Below are positions 17,901 through 26,727 of a stretch of 64,000 nt of DNA, in pieces. Every line of letters starts with the position of its first letter. Position 1 is the stretch's first letter. The position numbers were made by a program, and so were the translations under genes. The notes beneath the pieces are model-generated. The model was not told the DNA's origin. It worked only from the letters and a program-made list of their open reading frames with translations, and searched no databases. This DNA comes from an uncultured Anaerolinea sp. Its GTDB lineage: Bacteria; Chloroflexota; Anaerolineae; Anaerolineales; Anaerolineaceae. Where the stretch lies: contig CAZMMI010000001.1 of the NCBI GenBank assembly GCA_964567255.1, positions 1,247-65,246 of the forward strand. The letters are read 5' to 3'.

Positions 17901-20632
17901 GCACGGGGGGGAATCGCTTGATGCTGGTGGGAATCTCCTGGAATTGCGGCAGCACGGATCGCTCCATTTCCTCGGTTACCTTTACCCCCTCCGGTGGCAG
18001 CGTCGTTGACCTGACGCCGGTCATCACCCAAAAGACGGAAGGACAGTTGCGCTATGCTGCGATATATAGCCTGCTCAACCCGCCTGCCGGTGTCTCGGGC
18101 ACGGTCACGGTCACCTTCTCGGATGCTGTCAGCAACGGCATTGTGGTGGGCGCGGCTAACTTTGCGGGAGTAAATCAGATAACACCATTGGGCTCTCCGG
18201 GCGGCGCTGGGCCCTCTTCCCAGACTACTGCTCCCAGTGTCACTTTGTCAGGGCTGAATGGGAGCGAGTTGGTTTATGATACGGTCTTTATGGGTGGAAG
18301 CAGTTCATCTCAGACTCTGACACCTGCTTCAGGTCAGAATCAGTTGTGGACGAATTTCGTCTCTAACGCTCGCGGGTCTGGAAGCGTTCAGCAAGCTGCC
18401 GCGAGTTCTGTCACGATGAGTTGGACAGCGGCAAGCTCTAGCTATTGGGCTATTGCTGCCGTGGCGATCAACCCGGCTGCGCTTGGCCCAACCTGTTACA
18501 CGTTGACCTTGAGCCACACCGGTCAGGGGAGCAGTCCGGTTGCCACGCCGAACCAATCGGCAGCTTGCCCAGCCGCGGGGCAATACGTGGCAGGTGAGTC
18601 GATCGTCCTGAGTGGCGCTGTCCCCGACTCGGGTTGGCAAATCGGCGGCTGGACAGGCACAGCGAATGACAGCAGCAAAGCGGCTACCAACACCCTGGTA
18701 ATGCCGGGGAGCGATCATGCCGTTGCGGTTAACTACACGGCTCTGCCGACCTACACGATCACTGCATTGGCAGGGGAGAACGGTTCAATTACGCCTTCGG
18801 GTGCGGTGGTGGTCAATTCGGGGGCGGAACAAGCCTTTACTATCGCTCCGGCGGAAGGCTATCATATTTTGGATGTGTTGGTTGACAGTGTCTCGGTGGG
18901 TGCAGTCGGTACCTACACCTTCACAAATGTGACAGCAGACCATACCATCGCAGCGTCCTTTGCCATCAACACCTACACGATCACAGCATCGGCAGGGGAA
19001 AATGGTTCGATCACGCCTTCGGGTGCGGTGGTCGTCAACTGGGGCGCGAACCAGGCCTTTACTATTGCTCCGGCGGAAGGCTATCATATTTTGGATGTGT
19101 TGGTTGACAGCGTCTCGGTAGGTGCAGTCAGTACCTACACCTTCACAAACGTGACAGCAGACCATACCATCACAGCCTCGTTTGCTATCAATACCTACAC
19201 GATCACAGCATCGGCAGGGGCGAATGGCTCAATCACGCCTTCGGGGGCGGTGGCCGTCAACTGGGGTGCGGACCAAGCCTTTACTATCGCTCCGGCGGCT
19301 GGCTACCATGTCGCCGATGTGCTGGTAGACGAGGTTTCAGTGGGCGAGGGCGGTACCTACACCTTCAGTAATGTGACTGCCAATCACAGTATTGCCGCTT
19401 CGTTCGACATCAATACCTACACCTTGTCATACACGGCAGGAACAGGCGGAACATTGACCGGCGATGCGCTCCAGACGGTGAGTCACGGCGGCAGCGGTAC
19501 GGCTGTGACAGCGGTCGCAAATGAGGGCTATCACTTTGTCGGTTGGAGTGATGGAGGACTTACCGCAGAGCGCACAGATACCAACATTGCAGCAGACCTC
19601 AGTGTCACTGCGAATTTTGAAGAGAATGCAACCGTAACCTACACGATCACGGCCTCGGCGGGCGAACATGGCTCAATTGCGCCTTCTGGTGCGGTGGTGG
19701 TCAACGAGGGCGCCAGCCAAACATTCAACATCACCCCAGAGGCAGGACACCACGTGACTGACGTTGTGGTGGACGGGGTCTCGATTGGCGCAAACAGCAC
19801 TTACACATTCAACAATGTCACCGCGAACCACACCATTTCTGCGTCTTTTGCCATCAACACGTACACGCTGACTTATACAGCGGGAACGGGCGGAACGTTG
19901 AGCGGAGATGCGGTCCAGAGCGTAGATCATGGCAACGACGGCACGGCTGTGACAGCAGTCGCGAATCCTGGCTATCACTTTGTTGATTGGAGTGATGGGG
20001 TGACCACTGCGACTCGCACCGATACCAATATTATGGCGGACATCAGCGTTACGGCCCACTTTGCTGAAACTTCGACGTCCCGCAGCATTCCGCTGGTTGC
20101 AGGATGGAATCTTGTTTCGTTCGACTTGCATCTGGCCAACTTGGAGATCTCCACGGTTCTTAATGACATTTCCGGCCATTACGACCTGGTGTACGCCTAC
20201 GACTCGACCGGGGCACATGCGGCGAGCGGGAACTGGATGAAGTATGACCCAACCGGGCCAGGGTATCAAAACACGCTTTCTAGCCTGGACGAAACGATGG
20301 GCTTTTGGATTCACATGACCGCTGCGGACACCCTGGAGGTGAGCGGTACGGTTCCGGTGAATACAGAGATCAGCCTGTCGGACAATGCCGGGGGCTGGAA
20401 CCTGGTTGCCTACCCGTCCCTGACCAACGGCGCGCTTCCTGCCGCCTTGAGTGATCACGGTGTGGGCACCGATTTCAGCCTGGTGTTTGCCTACCATCCG
20501 CAAGATGTTGACCAGTGGAAGGTTTTCGACCGGACCGCCCCCGAATGGTCCAATGATCTTACAGAGATGACTGCGGGTTGGGGGTATTGGATCAGGGTGA
20601 GCGCGGATCATACCTGGATCGTGGTTCATTAA
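14999..20632 (+). CDS. Giant secreted mosaic protein P2 (about 1877 aa), collinear paralog of P1 with one metallophosphoesterase unit
   Basis: The track ORF is 14849-20632. The ATG at 14999 has GGAGGG three nt upstream and yields a signal peptide (..LGLPATVVQA|AA). It has an FN3-like domain plus MPE (DSH / GDTFAMD / GNHE / AHH / GHDH), two SWNCGST modules, many InlB-B-type repeats and the shared C-terminal domain. Confidence 0.85.
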   Translation: MHHPFNARLISLFIILSVLFSALGLPATVVQAAAVITFSGTELLGRPTSSSVTINIVPDITIEYHYEYGIAPGTYTAQTGNVTATGGQPSEAVLSGLTANTRYYYRMQYHAPGDPADDWVNRTEHSFWTQRTEGSAFSFSITSDSHVNIMLGNAATWTQTMTNIAGAAPDFQIDLGDTFAMDSVTTANAADAAYLYQRQFFDLVGHSTPIFLAAGNHEQQEGWHLDDTGSPPVLSTNAQKKYYVNPAPDGFYTGDTETVPELDGDHLREDYYAWTWGDALFVVIDPFWFTTTKPFIGTTGGGEENEGSGNRWDWTLGQTQFNWLRTTLEGSDARYKFVFAHHMTGGSDDYVRGGANPAHLVEWGGYNEAGTTYEWESQRPEWGSEPVHQIFVTNHVSAFFHGHDHQYGYESRDGVVYQALPAAGFSGSGFGIYTSEEGYTIQAMPSPGHLQVSVNSTQTTVDYIATSGATVNYSYAIAPFSEPDFTITATAGLNGSISPAGVVGVVSGANQSFSITPNSGYQVGDVLVDGASVGPVTVYEFTNVVANHTIESSFEQSSLTSPVLDGAVSSGTAASGSSITVNHTTGTGADRLMLAGISWNCGSTGRTISSVTFTPSGGSAVNLEPVITQQAGTQLRYAAIYSLLNPPSGTAGTLTVTFSGSVGSGIVAGAANFMGVNQTTPLGTPGGAGPSSGTTTPTVTLTGLSGSELVFDTVFMGGSGSSQTLTPDTDQSQLWNDFAGNTRAAASTALAAGSSVTMNWTAASSAYWAIAAVPINPAPSGPPTYTLSMAASPSIGGTATDLTGTSPYESGEVVSISAAPVAGYHFVNWSAPAGAFGDANAASTTFTMPTQTVTVTANFAPDFTYALDMAVSPGGGGTATDLTGASPYGPGMVVNISGAAASGYRFVNWTAPAGTFGDPNLAATTFTMPAQAVTVTANFAPAVTLDGAVVTSTGAANASSASVAVDTGTGGNRLMLVGISWNCGSTDRSISSVTFTPSGGSVVDLTPVITQKTEGQLRYAAIYSLLNPPAGVSGTVTVTFSDAVSNGIVVGAANFAGVNQITPLGSPGGAGPSSQTTAPSVTLSGLNGSELVYDTVFMGGSSSSQTLTPASGQNQLWTNFVSNARGSGSVQQAAASSVTMSWTAASSSYWAIAAVAINPAALGPTCYTLTLSHTGQGSSPVATPNQSAACPAAGQYVAGESIVLSGAVPDSGWQIGGWTGTANDSSKAATNTLVMPGSDHAVAVNYTALPTYTITALAGENGSITPSGAVVVNSGAEQAFTIAPAEGYHILDVLVDSVSVGAVGTYTFTNVTADHTIAASFAINTYTITASAGENGSITPSGAVVVNWGANQAFTIAPAEGYHILDVLVDSVSVGAVSTYTFTNVTADHTITASFAINTYTITASAGANGSITPSGAVAVNWGADQAFTIAPAAGYHVADVLVDEVSVGEGGTYTFSNVTANHSIAASFDINTYTLSYTAGTGGTLTGDALQTVSHGGSGTAVTAVANEGYHFVGWSDGGLTAERTDTNIAADLSVTANFEENATVTYTITASAGEHGSIAPSGAVVVNEGASQTFNITPEAGHHVTDVVVDGVSIGANSTYTFNNVTANHTISASFAINTYTLTYTAGTGGTLSGDAVQSVDHGNDGTAVTAVANPGYHFVDWSDGVTTATRTDTNIMADISVTAHFAETSTSRSIPLVAGWNLVSFDLHLANLEISTVLNDISGHYDLVYAYDSTGAHAASGNWMKYDPTGPGYQNTLSSLDETMGFWIHMTAADTLEVSGTVPVNTEISLSDNAGGWNLVAYPSLTNGALPAALSDHGVGTDFSLVFAYHPQDVDQWKVFDRTAPEWSNDLTEMTAGWGYWIRVSADHTWIVVH
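18743..19408 (+). repeat. In-frame tandem repeat, 3 x 222 bp (74-aa InlB-B-like unit), inside P2
   Basis: Units start at 18743, 18965 and 19187. They are about 90% identical by eye (INTYTITASAGENGSITPSGAVVVN.GA.QAFTIAPAEGYHILDVLVDSVSVGAV.TYTFTNVTADHTI.ASFA). More diverged copies continue to about 20070. Confidence 0.9.
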
Positions 20633-20646
20633 TATATCGCTCGGTC

Positions 20647-20688
20647 GGTCAGGTTGGCGTGCGTGCGGAATGGCACGCCAACCTGACC
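20647..20688 (+). terminator. Perfect 16-bp-stem hairpin between P2 and P3
   Basis: GGTCAGGTTGGCGTGC, a 10-nt loop, then GCACGCCAACCTGACC, starting 15 nt after the P2 stop. There is no immediate T-run, so it could be a terminator, an RNA-stabilising element or a processing site. Confidence 0.5.
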
Positions 20689-20758
20689 AGAGCAAATCTC
20701 ATCATTTTGAGCATTGAACCATAAACGGTGAGCTAGTCTTTGTGAGGGGAAGGCGATT

Positions 20759-23700
20759 ATGAACACAAATTGGATGGTAAAAAAGTCTCTGTCCACATCT
20801 GCGAGGAAGCTCTTTCAGGGTTTCTTTGCCCTGCTGTTTGCGCTGTCGTTGGTGGGTATACAACCGCCCCAACAGGTTCAAGCGGCAGCCTATACCTGGA
20901 TCGCTTACAATGATTCGGTCTCAGGCTCTTCACAGCACACAACTGCGAATACGACCACCATTGCCTATAATGGTTCCGGTCAGCTCAGAAGGCAGTCCGA
21001 CGGCAGCAATACTGGCATTACCGCGGCGTTTACTTCCAATGGATCTATCTCATCCACGTCGAATGGGGTGGACGCGAACTCAGGGACAGATGCATATAAC
21101 ACCTTCTACCCGTATGCGGATATGGTCGGAGTGGTCAATAGCAGCACGTCGGGGTGGTGGGTTGACCTGACTTTGAGCGGGCTGGATCCTGCCAGGACCT
21201 ATACCTTTGCAGGTTCTACCGCTAGAGATGGGGGCTATACAACCCGTAACACCACCTTCATCCTTTCAGGCGATACCGCAGCGATAAACGCCAGCACGTC
21301 CGGCGTTACCGTGGTCGATGATCACACCATTGCCATCAACACCGGGACCAATCGGGCACAAGGGTATGTTGTCCGCTGGACAGGGATCAATCCAGGCTCG
21401 GACGGTACCATCGTGATCCGTTCACGGGCATCTACAACATCGGAAATTGCAGGCTCGGTTGCGAATGCCTATGCCCTGAGTGTGTTCATGCTCGCGGAAG
21501 AGACCACCGATCCTGTGATTACTGTGGCTGGCGCGCTGAACGCATTCACCAGCCAGCCAGGAGTCTACTCAACCGTTCAGACTTATACGGTCTCGGGGGG
21601 CAACCTGACGGAGGACATTAGCATCGATGCCCCCGCGGGCTTTGAGCTATCTACCAATGGGACGGATTATTTCGCTCACCTCTCCTTACCACGGATTGCG
21701 GGGGACGTGGCTCCAACGACAATTTCTGTCCGGCTGTACTCGGGAACAATTGGCCTGTTCCAGGGGAATATCACTCACGCCAGCAGTGGGGTGATTACGA
21801 ATATGCCCGTCTCGGGTACGGTGACTACGTGCGGAAGTGATTCAATGGTCGCCGTAGAAGACACATACTTGAGCGCGAACGACCCCACTTACAATAACGG
21901 TGGAAACACATCCCTGCACATCAACGGAACCACCGGCACGGACAGGCGGACGGCGCTGCTGAGATGGGATTTGAGCTCGATTCCATCGAACGCGGTGGTT
22001 ACTTCGGGCAGCCTCGGGGTTTATGTGAGTGACACATCCACCGTTGCTTACAGCCTGTACAGTATGAGGCAAAGCTGGGTGGAAGGCACCAGCACCCAGG
22101 CGGCTTCGACAACCAGCGCAAACTGGAACACCTATAACGGCGCAGGCAGTTGGGGAACTGCAGGGGCAGCAAGTACCAGTCTGGACCGGTTTGATACCAA
22201 CTTGTGGAACGCGACCACAACCAGTTTTTCCACGACGGGCAGCAAGACCGTTATTTTAAATGCTGCCGGGGTGAGTGCTGTGCAAGAGTGGATCAGCGGA
22301 GCAGCCGGTAATTACGGTCTGATCATTCAAGACTACACAGGCTCATCGAATTCCTTGTATATTGCATCCAGCGAAAATACAACAGAGGTCAATCGCCCCA
22401 GGCTTAATCTCGAGTACTGCGCCGGTAGCGAAACATACGCTGTCAATGCGACCAGCTCAGGGCACGGGAGTGTAACGATCAGCCCGCTGGCTGCGTCTTA
22501 CCCATCCGGAGTCACGGTGACATTGACTCCAGTGGCCGACCTTGGTTATGAGTTCGGCTCGTGGAGCGGGCCGGATGCCGCCGATGTGCTCAATAACGGC
22601 AACGGCACCTGGTCCCTGTTTGTCGATGGAGATAAAACGGTCTTCGCCGACTTTGTAATTTCCTCCGTGAATGTGGCACCCTATGCGCCGGTGCTGATGC
22701 AGCCGGCAGATGATGCCGTGAATGTGTCTGTTCCTCCAACGTTACAGGTGACTGCCAGTGATCCCAACCCATTGGACACGCTGAACGTCAGCTTCTATGG
22801 GCGAGAAGTAAGCACAACCGCGGGGCCTGATTTCAGGCTGGTGGCGATCCCTGACACACAAAACTATGCCACCAGTTATCCGGATGTGTTCACCGACCAT
22901 TTGCAATGGATTGCGGATAGCCGAGAGCCAATGAATATCGTTTTCGCCACATCCGTGGGGGACATGGTCAACACCGCCACTAGTGCAACGGAATATACCC
23001 GGGCAGATACGGCCTATGATCGGCTGGATGCGGGGAATGTCAACTACAGCGTCGGTCCCGGCAACCATGATACGACCAGCGGCAGCCTGTGGCCCACTTA
23101 TTTCGGCGTTTCACGCTTTTCCGGGAAGAGTACCTACGGCGGCGCCTACAATGATTACAACACCTACCATCTCTTTAGCGCTTCGGGCATGGATTTTCTA
23201 CTCATCAATCTGCAATACAACCCCACCAGCGCGATTCTTGACTGGGCGGATGCGCGCCTGAAAGAGTATCCTGATCGCCGAGCCATTGTGGAACAACACG
23301 ATATTCTCAATACGGACGACTCCTGGAATAATCAGGCTTCGTACAATGCGCTCAGGGACAACCCCAATTTATTCCTGATGCTGTGTGGGCATATGCACTC
23401 TACCAGCGACGGCGCTGCTTACCGCGCTGAAACCGGTACGGATGGGCATACCATCCACATCGTCATGCAGGATTATCAGGATGAAGCAGGCAGCGGCTAT
23501 TTGCGGATTTACCGCTTCTCGCCTGCCGATGACATGATCTACATGACCACATACTCGCCAATTACAGGGGAGTCGCTCACCACGTCTCCGGATCAAATGA
23601 ATCTATCCTATGACATGGGGGGGAACATGACGCCTTATGGACTGATTGGCACGGTTCCCAACGTGGTTAACGGCAGCAATGCCTCCGTCCCCTGGCCCGG

Positions 23701-26623
23701 CCTGGCGCCAAATACGGAGTATGAGTGGTACGCGGCGGTAAGCGACGGTGCTTCGACTACCAATGGTCCCACATGGTCGTTCACCTCAGGTACGGGCAGC
23801 GGCAATACTCCGCCGGTGATCTCGGGTGAAGACCCGCGGGCAGTGACCATGTCGGAAGACGGCACGCCTACCGCCTTTAACCTCACCCTCAACGCCACGG
23901 ACATCGATTTAGGCGATACCTTGACCTGGAGTGTCGCCACGCCTGCCGGTTATGGAACGGCGCTAGCCTCCGGCACAGGTCCATCTACGGTGGTTAGTTA
24001 CACACCAACAGCCAATTACTATGGAGCAGATGGCTTTGTTGTCCAGGTCGCAGACGGCAACGGCGGCGCCGATACCGTCACTGTCAATGTGACCGTGGAA
24101 GCGGTCAACGACCTTCCGGTTGCTGACCCTCAGAATGTGTCTGTCTTCATCGACACGGCCAGGGGAATCACTTTGACGGGTTCCGATATTGACAGCAGTA
24201 CGCTCAACTATATGCTGGTCAGCAACCCGACGAACGGCTCTTTGACAGGAACAGCGCCTGGACTCACCTATACCCCGGCATCTGACTATACCGGCCCGGA
24301 TAGCTTCACATTCTTGATCAACGATGGGGTAGGGGACAGCAATACGGCTACGGTGAATATTCAGGTTTCATCTGGGAATCCTCCGCAGATGCCTTCTAGC
24401 TTCTACGGTGAAATCCATATTTCCGATCAGCAGCCGATCGTTGGTGATCTTGTGGAGGTCTATGTGCCGGGGGTGGTAACACCGGTTGCCAGCACAGCCA
24501 TTACCACAGATGCTGGTCAGCTAGTTTATACACTCAGCGTTCCCGGGGAGGACGGGGTGGATCCAAAAGAGGGGGGCGTCGAAGGGGATGTCGTCACGTT
24601 CAGAATTGGAACGCGCGTTGTTTCCAGCGGCGTCTGGCACACAGGCACCAATGTTCAAGTGAATATCCACCCGCCTGAGGCAATCCCCGGAGGACCTTAT
24701 GACGGTTCGGCTGGGGTGGCGGTTGGCTTGAGCGGAGCGGCCAACGATTGGGGCGCGGATGTTTCCACCTATGAATGGGATTGGGACAACGACGGTACTT
24801 TTGACGCGACCGGCCAAACACCCAGCCACACCTGGGCTAGCAATGGAGCGTACACGGTAAGTCTGCGGGTGACCGATTTGAATGGCGGTCAGGGTACCGC
24901 CCTCACGACAGTTAATGTGGTCAACCATGCGCCTACCGATATTGACCTCTCTGCCAGCACGGTAGCCGAGAATAGGGTAGCCAATACGCTTGTCGGTACT
25001 TTAACGAGCACCGATCCAGACCCTGGCAATACATTCAGCTACGCCCTGGTTAGCGGCGCAGGGAGCGACGACAATGCCTCCTTCAACATCGACGGTAACA
25101 ACCTGAGAACCTCGGCTGTCTTTGACTACGAAACGAAGTCCAGCTATGCGGTGCGCATCCGCACAATGGATCAAGGCGATCTGAACTATGAGGAGAGTTT
25201 TGTTATCACAGTCTCGGATGTGAACGAGGCTCCAGTCGTGGCAGATATCGCCAATCAGACCATCGCTGAGGGAGCGGCGTTTGCTGCCATCAGTTTGGAT
25301 GACTTTGTTTCCGACGTGGATAACGCAGACGCGCAAATGACCTGGACGTTCAGCGGAAACGTGGATCTGGCGGTGAGCATCACCAACCGGGTAGCCACGA
25401 TCACAGCTCCCAACAGTGATTGGAGCGGCGCCGAGACGATTACTTTCCGGGCTGCCGATCCCGGCGGGCTGTATGACGAAGATGCCGCCACCTTCACCGT
25501 CACGGCGGCAAATGATGCGCCGGTGGTGATGGATATTCCAAACCAGACAATTGTCGAGGGCGGAGCGTTTGCGACCATCAGCCTGGATAATTTCGTCTCG
25601 GATGTGGATAACACAGACGCCCAAATGACCTGGACGTCTAGCGGCAATACGAACCTTTCAGTGAGTATTACCAATCGGGTGGCTACGATCTTAGTGCTGG
25701 ATGCTGAGTGGAACGGATCGGAGATCATCACCTTCCGCGCAGCCGATCCGGATGGGCTGTTTGACGAAGACACCGCTATCTTCACCGTGACCGGAGTGAA
25801 CGATGCCCCCGTGGTGAGCAATATCCCCGATCAGAGCATTCTCGAGGGCGCGACCTTCTTTACCATTCCCCTGGACGATTACGTTGTAGACGTGGACAAC
25901 CCCGACACGCAGATGGTCTGGTCATATAGCGGCGATGTCGATTTGGCGGTCAGCATTACTGATCGAGTCGCCACGATTACCCCGCCCAACTCTGCCTGGA
26001 GCGGCGTGGAAACGATCACCTTCCGCGCCACCGATCCGGACGGGCTGTTTGATGAGGATGTTGCCACCTTCTCTATCACTTCAACCGTTGTGACCCATGA
26101 TTATCCTCTGGTGGTGGGCTGGAACCTGGTGTCCTTTGACCTTCACCCGACCAGCACCGCTATAGCGGATGTGCTGGCTTCGATCAGCGGCCAGTATGAC
26201 CTGGTCTATGGTTGGAATGCAACTAGCGGCTCGTGGATGAAATATGCTCCGGGCGTTGGGTACGGTGACACGTTGACCACACTGGATGAAACCAGGGGCT
26301 TCTGGATCAAGATGAACGCAGCCGATACCCTGTCTGTGAGCGGCACAGTGGTGAGTCCTACCAGTATCGCTTTGGAGAGTGGATGGAATCTGGTTGGGTT
26401 CCCGGCAGGTGCCAGCCTGGTCTTGCCCGATGCATTTACGCTGCATGGCGTAGACACCGAGCTCGATCTGGTGTATGCCTATCGGGCCAACGAACCGAGC
26501 GACCCGTGGAAACTGTTCGACCCTGAAGCGCCGGATTGGGTAAACGACCTGAATGAAATGGCGCCGGGATGGGGCTATTGGGTGTTCGTCTCGGCGGATT
26601 GCACTTGGAACGTGGTGCATTAA
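20759..26623 (+). CDS. Giant secreted mosaic protein P3 (1954 aa) with a distinct metallophosphoesterase domain
   Basis: GAGGGGAAGG lies upstream of the ATG at 20759, and the signal peptide ends QQVQA|AA. It has an unassigned N-terminal region and a DNRLRE-like beta-sandwich (ALLRWDLSSIPSNAVVTSGSLGVYV..SWVEG). The MPE has PDTQ / GDMVN / GNHD / QHD / GHMH. It also carries VCBS/cadherin-like Ig modules, an FYG module, one PKD domain, one cadherin domain, three 96-aa repeats and the shared C-terminal domain. Confidence 0.85.
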   Translation: MNTNWMVKKSLSTSARKLFQGFFALLFALSLVGIQPPQQVQAAAYTWIAYNDSVSGSSQHTTANTTTIAYNGSGQLRRQSDGSNTGITAAFTSNGSISSTSNGVDANSGTDAYNTFYPYADMVGVVNSSTSGWWVDLTLSGLDPARTYTFAGSTARDGGYTTRNTTFILSGDTAAINASTSGVTVVDDHTIAINTGTNRAQGYVVRWTGINPGSDGTIVIRSRASTTSEIAGSVANAYALSVFMLAEETTDPVITVAGALNAFTSQPGVYSTVQTYTVSGGNLTEDISIDAPAGFELSTNGTDYFAHLSLPRIAGDVAPTTISVRLYSGTIGLFQGNITHASSGVITNMPVSGTVTTCGSDSMVAVEDTYLSANDPTYNNGGNTSLHINGTTGTDRRTALLRWDLSSIPSNAVVTSGSLGVYVSDTSTVAYSLYSMRQSWVEGTSTQAASTTSANWNTYNGAGSWGTAGAASTSLDRFDTNLWNATTTSFSTTGSKTVILNAAGVSAVQEWISGAAGNYGLIIQDYTGSSNSLYIASSENTTEVNRPRLNLEYCAGSETYAVNATSSGHGSVTISPLAASYPSGVTVTLTPVADLGYEFGSWSGPDAADVLNNGNGTWSLFVDGDKTVFADFVISSVNVAPYAPVLMQPADDAVNVSVPPTLQVTASDPNPLDTLNVSFYGREVSTTAGPDFRLVAIPDTQNYATSYPDVFTDHLQWIADSREPMNIVFATSVGDMVNTATSATEYTRADTAYDRLDAGNVNYSVGPGNHDTTSGSLWPTYFGVSRFSGKSTYGGAYNDYNTYHLFSASGMDFLLINLQYNPTSAILDWADARLKEYPDRRAIVEQHDILNTDDSWNNQASYNALRDNPNLFLMLCGHMHSTSDGAAYRAETGTDGHTIHIVMQDYQDEAGSGYLRIYRFSPADDMIYMTTYSPITGESLTTSPDQMNLSYDMGGNMTPYGLIGTVPNVVNGSNASVPWPGLAPNTEYEWYAAVSDGASTTNGPTWSFTSGTGSGNTPPVISGEDPRAVTMSEDGTPTAFNLTLNATDIDLGDTLTWSVATPAGYGTALASGTGPSTVVSYTPTANYYGADGFVVQVADGNGGADTVTVNVTVEAVNDLPVADPQNVSVFIDTARGITLTGSDIDSSTLNYMLVSNPTNGSLTGTAPGLTYTPASDYTGPDSFTFLINDGVGDSNTATVNIQVSSGNPPQMPSSFYGEIHISDQQPIVGDLVEVYVPGVVTPVASTAITTDAGQLVYTLSVPGEDGVDPKEGGVEGDVVTFRIGTRVVSSGVWHTGTNVQVNIHPPEAIPGGPYDGSAGVAVGLSGAANDWGADVSTYEWDWDNDGTFDATGQTPSHTWASNGAYTVSLRVTDLNGGQGTALTTVNVVNHAPTDIDLSASTVAENRVANTLVGTLTSTDPDPGNTFSYALVSGAGSDDNASFNIDGNNLRTSAVFDYETKSSYAVRIRTMDQGDLNYEESFVITVSDVNEAPVVADIANQTIAEGAAFAAISLDDFVSDVDNADAQMTWTFSGNVDLAVSITNRVATITAPNSDWSGAETITFRAADPGGLYDEDAATFTVTAANDAPVVMDIPNQTIVEGGAFATISLDNFVSDVDNTDAQMTWTSSGNTNLSVSITNRVATILVLDAEWNGSEIITFRAADPDGLFDEDTAIFTVTGVNDAPVVSNIPDQSILEGATFFTIPLDDYVVDVDNPDTQMVWSYSGDVDLAVSITDRVATITPPNSAWSGVETITFRATDPDGLFDEDVATFSITSTVVTHDYPLVVGWNLVSFDLHPTSTAIADVLASISGQYDLVYGWNATSGSWMKYAPGVGYGDTLTTLDETRGFWIKMNAADTLSVSGTVVSPTSIALESGWNLVGFPAGASLVLPDAFTLHGVDTELDLVYAYRANEPSDPWKLFDPEAPDWVNDLNEMAPGWGYWVFVSADCTWNVVH
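25238..26101 (+). repeat. In-frame tandem repeat, 3 x 288 bp (96-aa unit), inside P3
   Basis: Units start at 25238, 25526 and 25814 (V.DI.NQTI.EG.AF..ISLD.FVSDVDN.DAQMTWT.SGN..L.VSITNRVATI....W.G.E.ITFRAADP.GL.DED.A.FTVT..NDAPV). Confidence 0.9.
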
Positions 26624-26727
26624 GAAGCGCATATGGATTCACCCGTATAGCCGCGGAATCAAAGGGGTTGTACGGGTGAGCTTCCAGATCTTTTTACATG
26701 ATTGAAACGTGTTGTGGAGGTACTCAG

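Noticed and set aside
19673-20695. 340-aa minus-strand ORF
   Set aside because: It is antisense to the 3' part of P2, including the conserved C-terminal domain. It is Arg-rich, has no recognisable domain, and runs through the intergenic hairpin.
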